A DNA stretch of 63,770 nucleotides, filler included, from Collodictyon triciliatum (taxonomy: Eukaryota): NCBI GenBank assembly GCA_043381765.1. It is 4 parts of 4 records of this genome, joined end to end, with 100 filler letters (N's around TTAATTAATTAA, not from the genome) between each part and the next. Parts side by side here need not be neighbours in the genome. Positions count along the whole stretch, not along the records: positions 18,922 to 37,676 come from JBHJMP010001344.1; positions 37,777 to 56,523 come from JBHJMP010001345.1; 2 more parts are not named here. One strand, written 5' to 3'. Of this stretch, positions 35,637-46,090 are shown piece by piece. The position numbers were made by a program, and so were the translations under genes. The notes below the pieces were generated by a model that searched no databases, was not told where the DNA came from, and was given only the letters and a program-made list of their open reading frames with translations. How positions within the stretch are numbered: the first letter of the stretch is position 1; each line of letters begins with the position of its first letter.

Positions 35637-37384
35637 TCATACATCATCCATAGCTTCCTCTTCCTCATCTACATTCCCCTCATCTGCTCGCAGACACTTG
35701 TAAATGAATATGACACACATCCAGAGCGAGATGCATATGTTTGCTACATTTAAGTCTTGATTATTCATAAAGTCGTTCATATGTGGATCTGGAATGCACC
35801 AGCCAAACTCTTTTGCAACGAGGAAATTCAAGTTGAAAATAATCACCCCCAAGAAAGAGAACAGCAAATATTGGTCCTTTCAGAGAAATTCGGCTCACGA
35901 GAGTATAGAGCTCAGTCATGAAACACTCGCCAGATGGTGAGCTTATGGCACACTCTTTGATTATATTATCCTTTTTCAAAAATTAGTGGAAATAGGTTTT
36001 TTTAAGAGATTGTGAAATAATTGATTCAAAAAACTTTAATTATAATTATATTTTGTGTGTCAAATTTGTTCGCCGATGACGTGTGGCGCGATTGTGTTGA
36101 TACTGATGAGTTAGATAGTCTAAATCGAGGTACAGTGAGCACACCTTATCCAAGTATCTCTGTTGACCAAATGCGGTATACTGAGGAGCCAAGGTAGTTG
36201 CCACAAAGTTTGTTGCAATTATCGTCAGCATCAAAGTGACCTGGTAAGATAGATTGAGTATCGATGTTTTTCTTTTTCGAACTAAAGTTCACATTACATA
36301 TAAATTTTCATATCGAATCTAAAGCACATACGGTCGATAGAATCATAGACTGTGGTACACTTCTTTTGATGCGAAGACTATACAACTGCCAACAACGTTG
36401 AGAATAGAAACGATATGTTGTTGGAGAAATTACAAGAACGTGTATCAGTAAACCTCATATATAAAATTACTATAGGACTAAGCAAGCACCTGAATCCACA
36501 ATAATCGGACACCGAGTTTGTAAAGACCATATATGGTGCAGACAAGTATGTCCATAACAATGAATCCAATGATGACTAAATCAACGGGAAAGTACTGCCC
36601 GTTTTATATTCCCATTTTTGCATTAATAAGATATTCGAGCATATCTTGTTATATCAAAATAAGTAGCATTTATTTAGAAAATATTTATTGAATATCAATC
36701 GACTAGTTCTAAGATGATTACAAACAGGCGAGAAGTACACAAGAAGATTGTCGATTGGATTTGGATACGTTGGCTTATCAAGGATGTATCCGCAGTCAAA
36801 ACCGCAGAGAGAATTGGCTGTCCGATCTAAACTAGATAAGAACTTTCGATCGAAATCAATGGACGACCGAGGTGTCATGAATGGAACAAATAGGCACCAG
36901 CAGAAAGATTCATAAAATTTCATTTACTTGAAAACAAGAGAAACAAAAACAAAAACAAAAACAAAAACAAAAACAAAAACAAAAACAAAAACAAAAACAA
37001 AAACAAAACAAATACAAAACAAAAACAAAAAACAAAAAAGGCAAATAAATGACCATACCCAAAAAGAACACTCAACTTACCAACGTAATCATCATCAAAA
37101 AGTTGGCCAATAGCCATGCAATGCCCAGTATCACAGAGAAAGGCCTCAAGCACATCAGGACAGCGAAACAGAATCCTTGGGGTCGCTCTTGTGTGGCTTG
37201 TCTCTCCAAATTCCTAAGCGAGCGGATATAATTTAATATAGGATAATATGGTATTATCGCGAACAGTCCAGACGATAGTCCCAATGTCCACAAATAGAAT
37301 ATGGATTGCATGGTTAGGAGCAACCTTTGCTCTTGTTGCAATTGTCGAAGTTTTTTCTGCTCAGAACTTGTCATAGTTTTTCCT
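35637..37384 (-). CDS. LMBR1-family / LMBRD1-like lysosomal cobalamin transport escort protein, C-terminal half (5' part lost at scaffold end)
   Basis: Exons read LRPFSVILGI..LL, SSLDRTANSLCGFDCGYILDKPTYPNPID.LL, PQSMIL, LAPQYTAFGQQRY, C.ISSP..EC.MT, and a final TM segment with an acidic tail. These match LMBRD1-type motifs. Confidence 0.75.
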
Positions 37385-37720
37385 CTAGAAAATTGATACT
37401 TGTCTTTGATTGCCCTGTGATAGAATACGTGTCGTGAGGTGTATTGGGCATGATTCTCGTTTGCTATGTTTCAATAATATAATTACTAAAAGAACAAAAC
37501 AGAAAGCAAAACAAAAAGCAAAAATAAAAATACAAAACAAAAAGCAAAACAAAAAGCAAAACAAAAAGCAAAACAGAAAGCAAAACAGAAAGCAAAACAG
37601 AAAGCAAAACAGAAAGCAAAACAGAAAGCAAAACAGAAAGCAAAACAGAAAGCAAAACAGAAAGCAAAACAGAAAGNNNNNNNNNNNNNNNNNNNNNNNN
37701 NNNNNNNNNNNNNNNNNNNN

Positions 37721-37732
37721 TTAATTAATTAA
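37721..37732. other. Artificial scaffold-joining linker
   Basis: TTAATTAATTAA within N padding. Confidence 0.97.
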
Positions 37733-37776
37733 NNNNNNNNNNNNNNNNNNNNNNNNNNNNNNNNNNNNNNNNNNNN

Positions 37777-38066
37777 AGTTTGATACATTATAAACTAATT
37801 CAATATAGTTTGATACATTATAAACTAATTCAATATAGTTTGATACATTATAAACTAATTCAATATAGTTTGATACATTATAAACTAATTCAATATAGTT
37901 TGATACATTATAAACTAATTCAATATAGTTTGATACATTATAAACTAATTCAATATAGTTTGATACATTATAAACTAATTCAATATAGTTTGATACATTA
38001 TAAACTAATTCAATATAGTTTGATACATTATAAACTAATTCAATATACTTTCATATATTATAAACT
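37777..38066 (+). repeat. 30-bp perfect tandem array (AGTTTGATACATTATAAACTAATTCAATAT), at least 9 copies plus one degenerate copy, directly upstream of tRNA-Thr
   Basis: Identical units visible in the sequence; the array is cut by the scaffold start. Confidence 0.97.
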
Positions 38067-38085
38067 TTTACTCCGAATTAAGGGA

Positions 38086-38157
38086 GCCGCCATGGCCCAG
38101 TGGCAAGGCATCTGCCTCGTAAGCAGAGGATCGCGTGTTCGATTCACGCTGGCGGCA
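38086..38157 (+). tRNA. tRNA-Thr (anticodon CGT)
   Basis: Acceptor stem GCCGCCA/TGGCGGC+A; A-box TGGCCCAGTGG; anticodon arm TCTGC-CT[CGT]AA-GCAGA; T-arm GCGTG-TTCGATT-CACGC; oligo-T Pol III terminator at 38160-38168. Confidence 0.95.
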
Positions 38158-38658
38158 TATTTTTTTTTGCCTGCGAAACCTGTTTTCTTTCCTGGATGAA
38201 GTTTCTCAAAAACTGATAGCGGTGCATCTCTCCCAAGTTGCTCGTATCTGTTCCTTTCTCTTAGTTAAAACCTTAATAGCTGACCGCAAGCCAGGAGATT
38301 TTCTTGCAGATAAACAGACAAGCCAGTCATGGTCAACATTGCATATTTCTTTTTGCGGAAATTATATTGCAGACATATTAAAATGTTTGTAGGCGCCCAA
38401 AGTGGATCATATGCTCGCAGGGTGAATATTAAATTTAGGGATGTTTGATATAAAAAGAATCTATTCCTCCCTATTTCTTGGAACGTCTAATTTTCGTTGC
38501 CTGGTGCCGGTGGTTGCCTTAACGCATCTGCGCTGCACAAGTCCAAGCCTTATCAAACCCACCCAAGATTACAGCAACGAGTGCGAAAGGTAGGATTTCT
38601 AAAAGCCAAGCACAAGCACAAGCACAAGCACAAGCACAAGAGGCCAAGAGAGGCCAGA

Positions 38659-40941
38659 ATGAGAAAAGCGCCAAAGATGTCTCCCAAAGCGGCTCCAGCA
38701 CATGGATCTACTCAAAGAAACGAAACGGATGGCAACAGCCCGGCCTCTTCGGGTGCGGCAGATAATGCCCGGTGGTTTCTGGGGAGATGTCACAATTTCA
38801 CTGAGGGCATGGACAAGGTTTATACCGATGCCTACTTTTGTATTTATCATAGGATCATCTCCAATCTCTTATCTAATGCACACGTTTGTGCTGTATTATT
38901 TTACGAATAAGTATGACTTGCTTTTGCTTGATGCCTTTCTGATCTCCTCGTTTTTACTGTGGCCCATTCGATATCTCATCTCTCCTCATGCTTACTTTTT
39001 AATCATATTTCTCCTTTTAATAGGAGAAAGAGGTGTTCTTTTTTTTTTTTATGAGTTATTATCGTTTTTATACACAGGATTGAATATATTCGGTTGGAAT
39101 CTAAAATAATAATAATAACAATAATAATAACAATAATAATAACAATAATAATAACAATAATAATAATAACAATAACAATAACAATAATAATAATACAGAA
39201 GAGAAAAAGGTCAATAACGAATACATCTACTTTTTTCAAAAAAAAGTGCATGTTATTGGTAAATCCGTTGCATTTGATTTTAAAAGATAGAATATCTATT
39301 AGATATGCGACGAGTTTGATTGTGTTGATGAATATATAATTTGCAAGTTTGAAGATTATTCGAGACTACTCAAATCTTTCGAGGAGCTAGTAATAAAAGA
39401 GGTACTACTTGATCCAACTAACATCTATCCAATCAAAACTAGCCATCACATCACGCTCATAACCTTCAAGAAGCTGAAAGAAGCATATAGTCTAACTTAG
39501 CCCCTTTCCACTCAATTTTTAGGCTTGGAATGTTATGAAGGTCGCACTGAAAGAACTTCATTTGAAGGAATCACACACAGGCGTTATTATCCAACGTGGA
39601 AATTTGGGCTTTCACCGATCAAACTGTTTAAAAGCCAAGATAATCAGATCGTCTATTTTATCGAAACCAAAGTTGATTAAAAACCATGGGGCCCACATCA
39701 TCAAGTCGCTACATCAGCTAATTGAGACGCATCCGCATTTCAAGTTAACCGAACCCATATACCATGTCCGTCTCTTGAGAAATTTATCAGTTTGCCCTTA
39801 TGATTTACTAGATTTAAGAAATGAATCGAGCGAGGAGAATCTTTCTAGTATGGAAGAAAGTCCAAAAGGTTGGGTTCATGAGGGCTGGTATCCAATCCTA
39901 ACCAACCCTGAAAGTCTTGTTGCAAGCGAGAGTAATTTTCTTCGTCCTAGTACCGCATGCATCTCAAAGGTAGTGAAGCTGTATATCTCGTTACCAAAAA
40001 GAACACAAAGGCATACGCCTCCATCAAATGAACCTCCTGGACAAGTTAATAACCACGAGGAGTTGCATTTTGAAGCCCCTGGCGAGAATGTCGTTGATAA
40101 TACTAATGACGAGAGAGAGGAGCACAATGAAGTTCCTGATCCTTACAACGGCTTAGATACCTTTGATAGTGAAGCTTCTCGCACGTCTATAACCGTCCAC
40201 CCAATAGATGGCGATTTATATATCTGCGACGGGGCAAATGCAAAGTTACACATCTTCGACCGAACTGGTTTTCTCAAGATTAAAATTCAATTCAAGACTC
40301 TTACTGGGCGATTGTTTTTATCTGGTGTTGCAATATCTCCTGATGGCCAATTTATTGCTGTGTTAAATAATGATGATGAATGGCTGTATATACTTGACAG
40401 GTCGCATACCCTAATTAAATCATTTCATAAAGAGAATGACAGGATGAGCTTTATGAGAATCGTTTCTGACATTGCTTTCGACTTGGAGAATAACATATAC
40501 GCATCCGAGCAAACGCAAAGTAGAGTAACAAAGTTTTCTTTAGATGGTACGCCTTTATGGAATCTCACAAAATACCCCATCGCGAGAGGTGCAAATGCTG
40601 TAGGTGTTAGTGCAGATAACACTATTTGGGTGACATGTCCTCATGACAGCTGCGTAAAAATTATGAGCCCAGATGGAAATGTTCTGAAAACAATCAAAAC
40701 AATTGGGCTCTTTGGGGGAGGTACCACCTCTATTACCCGAGGCCCTGGGAGTTGCATGCTGGTTACTGTATGTGAAATATCTGCAGTTTGGGTCTACAGT
40801 GAGACAGGATCCCTTTTGATGAAACTTCCTGCTGAATACCCCTCAGGCGCTGTATTTGATTTGGCTGGAAACCTTCACATCCTGCAGAAAAAGGAGTCAG
40901 TTTTATTGACGTATGCGAAAAGGGGACAGTCCTTGAATTGA
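38659..40941 (+). CDS. Protein with C-terminal NHL-repeat / beta-propeller domain (two exons: 38659-38817 and 39523-40941)
   Basis: In-frame splice EGMDK|AWNVMKV. Repeats such as SITVHPIDGDLYICD..NAKLHIFDRTG, GVAISPDGQF, DIAFDLENNIYASE..RVTKFSLDG and GVSADNTIWVT. Confidence 0.8.
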
Positions 40942-42174
40942 TGACAAGCCGTTATAAAACCAAACTCCATAAAGATATTCATAATTGGCGACCACTGAAC
41001 CAGCCGTCTTTTCTTCTTTCCTTGTTAAAAAAAGAAGGGGACACGGCTAGGCATCCTAAAATTTCATTCGCACAATTGAAACAGTTATATGAGCCGCGTT
41101 TGACGAGACACCATAAATTTAAAAGAAAAAAAAACAAGACATATAAATTGAACAAGTTATTGGCTCATGTTACTACGAAGGATAGTTTATTATTTGCATC
41201 TCCCTATTAATAAAAATAAAAACAATAAAAAAAAGCTACCCGTGCGATTTGCTACTGAAGCGGCTTGGTAGAGTAGTGCGAATACGCGCGCCCAAAGCGG
41301 GACAGACGGAACCCAGAGACACAGAGCAGCGNNNNNNNNNNNNNNNNNNNNNNNNNNNNNNNNNNNNNNNNNNNNNNNNNNNNNNNNNNNNNNNNNNNNN
41401 NNNNNNNNNNNNNNNNNNNNNNNNNNNNNNNNNNNNNNNNNNNNNNNNNNNNNNNNNNNNNNNNNNNNNNNNNNNNNNNNNNNNNNNNNNNNNNNNNNNN
41501 NNNNNNNNNNNNNNNNNNNNNNNNNNNNNNNNNNNNNNNNNNNNNNNNNNNNNNNNNNNNNNNNNNNNNNNNNNNNNNNNNNNNNNNNNNNNNNNNNNNN
41601 NNNNNNNNNNNNNNNNNNNNNNNNNNNNNNNNNNNNNNNNNNNNNNNNNNNNNNNNNNNNNNNNNNNNNNNNNNNNNNNNNNNNNNNNNNNNNNNNNNNN
41701 NNNNNNNNNNNNNNNNNNNNNNNNNNNNNNNNNNNNNNNNNNNNNNNNNNNNNNNNNNNNNNNNNNNNNNNNNNNNNNNNNNNNNNNNNNNNNNNNNNNN
41801 NNNNNNNNNNNNNNNNNNNNNNNNNNNNNNTAAAAGTTCGTTGGGTACTATTATTGTTTGTATATTTATTGCAGTCAACTTTCTCACCACCTCGTCCCAG
41901 CTCATATTAAAGCATACAGTTTTCCTGCATCTTTGGGACGTAATTTTTTCGTAGCCCCAGATTGGGACAACACAGAAAGGAGGAGAAGAAAAAGAAGACA
42001 GAGGAAAAAAAAAAGAGAAATTCGACAATAGTAGTCTCAGTGTCAGAAGACCGGTTTGAACGGGGGATATTCTATCAAGCAGCTTCTTACATATGATATG
42101 CGTGTCATACTTGGCCAACGATTTCTGGAACGGTCAACCCAATGCCTTTAAAAAATCAAATCGTGGGGCATACG

Positions 42175-43350
42175 CTAATGATGCATTTGGTCTTGTTGTT
42201 GAACTTGGGGCTGGTATTCTTGAACTGGGGTTCCTTGGGGCTGGTATTCTTGAGGTGGGTATCCTTGGGGTGGGTATCCTTGAGGTGGGTATCCTTGAGG
42301 TGGGTATCCTTGAGGTGGGTATCCCTGAGGTGGGTATCCTTGAGGTGGGTATCCCTGAGGTGGGTATCCCTGAGGTGGATATCCTTGAACTCCAGTTCCT
42401 TGGGGCTGGGCATCGACGATGGGGGTTGTCGGAGTATGCACCTGAGCGGTGCGGGAGTTACCGATAAAAAAACGAACAGATGTGTCAAGATTCAAAACAA
42501 ATGCCGGCATCACCAGCTCAGCGAGAAGTTCGTAATCAATTGTGATTATATGAGCAGCAAATGAAGGAACCAAGTTCTTGGGAAGAATAGCATCTTTGCT
42601 CAAGGTGATTGATTGCGTTCCAGGAGGAATGGTCTCTGGGAACTCTGAAAGTTTGTACACATTTACAGTTGATTGCGCAGAGCCCTGTGCCCTGTAGATC
42701 ACTCTCTGCCTCAAAGAAAGGCTGGCAGACAGGACCGGGCGGTCTGATGGGTTATTTACGGTAATCACCGGCTTGATCAGGTCTTCCGGTATGGCCCCGC
42801 CAACAGGAGACCTGAGCTTGCAGGTGATTGGGGCAGAAGCACACCACAGGCAGCAGATGGTTTTGGAGTCCTGGCCCTCGACGGCATTCTGGAACTTGGG
42901 GTCTCCCATGTTGTACAGACCCACGACGCGCAGTATGACTGCTGCCGTGGGGTCGAACTGCCACGCAAGATCAATGTTTGCAACCAGCTTATAGCTGACG
43001 TGGCCGTACGGCCCTCCGAAGACGGGCAGGTATTCGCGGTTTGGATGCAGCCTGAACGAGAACGGGAAGCGGTATTCTCCAGGCATGAGGGAGTCTGAGG
43101 CGCCGTCTCTGTTAGGTTCCCAGAGATGATATAGCTCCTCTATGAAGCGGCTCGTAGCTGTGTAGTGACGACGGTTTTTGCCGCTGCCGTGGCTGAAGCT
43201 TGCATGAATTACGCCAAAGAACTCTACATTGATTTTCCTGGGGCTGATTTGTTCTCGAACAATCACATGGACGTTGCCTCGGATGTCCTGGCCCGGGTAG
43301 AATATCATGCTGGGGTTTTCCAGCTCAAAGCGGATGTCTGCGTCTGGCAT
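42175..43350 (-). CDS. Alpha-arrestin (ARRDC-like; arrestin N and C domains) with a 9x GYPPQ tail, intronless
   Basis: FYPGQ.I.G.V, PGEYRFPFSF.L, G.YG.V.Y.L.A.ID..W..D, K..CCLWC.S.PI, V.NPS and I.I.Y.L motifs. The 15-bp repeat at 42251-42385 encodes GYPPQ. Confidence 0.92.
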   Translation of the reverse strand: MPDADIRFELENPSMIFYPGQDIRGNVHVIVREQISPRKINVEFFGVIHASFSHGSGKNRRHYTATSRFIEELYHLWEPNRDGASDSLMPGEYRFPFSFRLHPNREYLPVFGGPYGHVSYKLVANIDLAWQFDPTAAVILRVVGLYNMGDPKFQNAVEGQDSKTICCLWCASAPITCKLRSPVGGAIPEDLIKPVITVNNPSDRPVLSASLSLRQRVIYRAQGSAQSTVNVYKLSEFPETIPPGTQSITLSKDAILPKNLVPSFAAHIITIDYELLAELVMPAFVLNLDTSVRFFIGNSRTAQVHTPTTPIVDAQPQGTGVQGYPPQGYPPQGYPPQGYPPQGYPPQGYPPQGYPPQGYPPQGYPPQEYQPQGTPVQEYQPQVQQQDQMHH

Positions 43351-43830
43351 TCCTCACAAGCTGTCTTCGTCCAGATCCTCCTTACGCTTTCCTATTCTTT
43401 CCTAGTTCTTTGTTTATGTTGTTTCTTCTGATTCCAATCTGCCTTCCTTCGACGGCCCGTCTGTCAACTTATAACGTATTCCTCTGGGCGTTTCCCACGG
43501 GGGAATAACATATAAGCATGACCGTTACTGCCATCACCGACAAAGGCAATGAAATTGTGGGCAATTTGAGATGTCCGTTATTTGTGGCTGTAAGCTGTAA
43601 CGGTTTTTACATTACTGGAATTTAAGCGTGATTTTCATAAAGGCTTAGACATGGAATGCGATATTTATAATCGTATAAACTAATCACACACAATTACTCT
43701 GCTTCACAACTAGAGTTAACATCCCAGTGAAACAAGGATTCCTTTCTCTTGGCGGAGTTGCAAAAATGGAGTTCACAGAAACTGCGTTTGATTTTATCAT
43801 CTTAGGATTAGGCGTGAAATTTATTTCTGA

Positions 43831-43955
43831 CTAGAAGGGGTATACAAATCGAAAGATTGGTAAACTTGGTCTGTTAATATCCAAGGTCTCACCACTTTTT
43901 TCACAGAGGTCGTGTAGTGGCGAGGGCTGCCTGGAAAGACCCGACAGCCTGTATT
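43831..43955 (-). ncRNA. Putative Fanzor omegaRNA scaffold
   Basis: Four stems directly 3' of the RuvC-III coding region: GGCTGTC/GGCAGCC, CTCGCCACT/AGTGGTGAG, CTTGG/CCAAG and TAC-C-AATC-tttc-GATT-T-GTA. Loop-1 GGGT is complementary to 3'-terminal ACCC (pseudoknot). Confidence 0.6.
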
Positions 43956-45258
43956 TTAAAGAGAGGTGTTTTTTTTTTTTTGAAGGGTTAAAAGAACTTT
44001 GCTGAGAATAGTATAAGCGCTGTTAAAGTCCCTTGCCAATAATACACTTTTTTTGCTTTCTGACCGATTGCATTCTTTACATATGAGACATCTATACACC
44101 TTTTTTGAATTTCCTTTCAGTGTCATATACTCCAGTTCTTTTTTGGAGTTGTAGCACATCTTGGAGGTTCAATATTCATTTACACTAACCGGTTCAAAAC
44201 GTTTGGATAGTATTTTTTGTAATCCCCTTCCGATTTTTGGTATAAAATGGTTCATCTGAGATTTTCTGCTCCTGTCTCCATATGCCAGTACAAACATCCT
44301 TGCCAATTGTCTTTTCGATTCGGTCCATAGACAATTCTTCACTTCTTTTTGTATTAACACACTGTCTCCATCTCATCTTTCGAAAAGTTACTTGTTAATA
44401 AAATCTGGAAAGTTCTGTCTGGTATCTTGATTTCATAGATACAAATTTTCGAATTTTTTTATAATCGACCACGCATGAATTATGTTTACTCAGTCCTGTC
44501 TCTAAATCGATTAAATATACTCTTGATGTCCCAAACCGTTGATTCTCTTCAAAGGTCCTGAGACCAAAAGAAATAGCACATTGCAAACCTGTTGCCGTGC
44601 ATATCTTGCTGCTCGTGAGTCGATGGCTAGAGCTCGTTCAGTCTTCTATTTTTCTTTCCCTTTATTATTCGTTTCAAAAAGCTCGCTGCGTCTTATTATT
44701 AATTTGTTGTACTCACGGGACGGTGGCAGCTGGCGTCTTGATCGTCGGTGTGTCTCGGTGCATAATCTGTGTTGTGAAGGATGTGGTAAAGTGACCTATA
44801 CGCTCTCTGAGTCGGCTGCGTCGGCCTTCATGGTTTGCGACGGTCAATATGCGTTCCACGGGGCAGGCCTGTCGCGTCGGTCTCGTGGTAGGCGGTGTTT
44901 GGGCCTCTCAGGATCCCTCTTTCCGATCGCTTGCTTGTTTTTTTTTTTCGGCTTCAGGATGTGGTGGGTTGGGAGAAGGAAACAACACCAGTGTAGTAAT
45001 ATTATTTTCTGGAGAATGTGTCTTTTTCTCTGAGTGTTTATTGTTCTCAGCAAAAGAGACCTTATCCTCATATTGTGACTTTTTTTTATTGCTCCTCTCG
45101 AGTCTGTCTCTCTCGGTGTGATTACCACATTTATTCACATTGTGAGCTATAGAATAGATCGACCTTGGAAGCTTCTTCACACAAACAAACCAATCCTTGC
45201 AAATCTGCATATTTCGCATGTTTGCTCCTTGACCCTTTCCTGCGTCTCTACTGGTCAT
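43956..45258 (-). pseudogene. Fanzor (TnpB-like RNA-guided RuvC nuclease) pseudogene with stops, frameshifts and deletions
   Basis: Motifs in order across frames: N-terminal WFVCVKKLPRSI..IAHNVNK; HFTTSFTT; RuvC-I ALAIDS (Asp codon 44619-44621); L..HNS..VD..K..FV..K...L..FY*..FRKMRWR..VN..RSE; VLAYGDRS..QM....PKIGRGL.K.L.KRF; RuvC-II VSVNEY*TSKMC; zinc ribbon CYNS..CKEC; RuvC-III LARDFNSAYTI. Confidence 0.88.
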
Positions 45259-45448
45259 CTCTTGTAGGCTGGAAGATGTGAGACCTTCGGGCCGTATAAA
45301 GTCTGGTCATACACAAGCGTAATTCAGGGCGGTTGGTTGAGAAGGGATTAAGTTTTATTTATGCATAAAGGTAAAATATTTAAAGTGAATATAAAAAAGT
45401 GTATGTCGAACGAGATTATAGGTGCGATTCGTATAATATGCGATTCCT

Positions 45449-46007
45449 TTATTTTTCATCCAACTGAAAATACGACTCCAGCTTTTTGGTTATGTTAGTA
45501 GGGTTGGGAAATTTCTTCCTTTCCAGTTTAGAGTATAGTGCCTGTTTGATGAAGAAATGTGTTTTTTTTTTAACTTTGATAATGTGCATAAAATGGCGAT
45601 AGTTGCGAAACAAGAAATATGTCTAATTAGTGGATTGGAGCAGGGCGAATTGGATGTCAATAACATTATCGAATTGGTTTGGCATACATATTTCATAGGA
45701 CCATTTTTTGAAACTAAAGTGACTTCAAAGCTGCCAAGCCTAGGCAGTCTTTTCCTAGGATTCGGGTCTGCGCGTCTAACTTCCAAGTTTGGAAAAGATA
45801 TCGTAATCTCGCTGACAACTACGAATATTGAAGGAATAACTCAAACAAGCTATGATGCTATAGCAATAACGTAGTTGGATTGTAAATATAAAATGGAATG
45901 AATTGTGTTGTGAGACAATAATAATTTTTCCGTCATTCGATTCAAAGAATATCTTAGGCAGAGTAGAATATAACAATAATAACAATAATAACAATAATAA
46001 CAATAAC

Positions 46008-46090
<83 letters not shown>

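Larger units (their letters stand above)
43831..45347 (-). mobile_element. Decayed Fanzor-carrying transposon; ends tentatively Helitron-like (A|TC ... hairpin-CTAG|T)
   Basis: Contains the Fanzor relic and a structured 3' RNA. On the minus strand the 5' end reads ttaA|TCccttctc at 45347 and the 3' end reads hairpin + CTAG|T at 43831. A 10-bp subterminal inverted repeat sits at 43883-43892 / 45278-45287. Boundaries are inferred from a single copy. Confidence 0.55.

Noticed and set aside
37777-38066. 30-bp palindromic repeat as a CRISPR array
   Set aside because: Units are head to tail with no spacers and there are no cas genes. The Fanzor relic 6 kb away has its own omegaRNA-like sequence.
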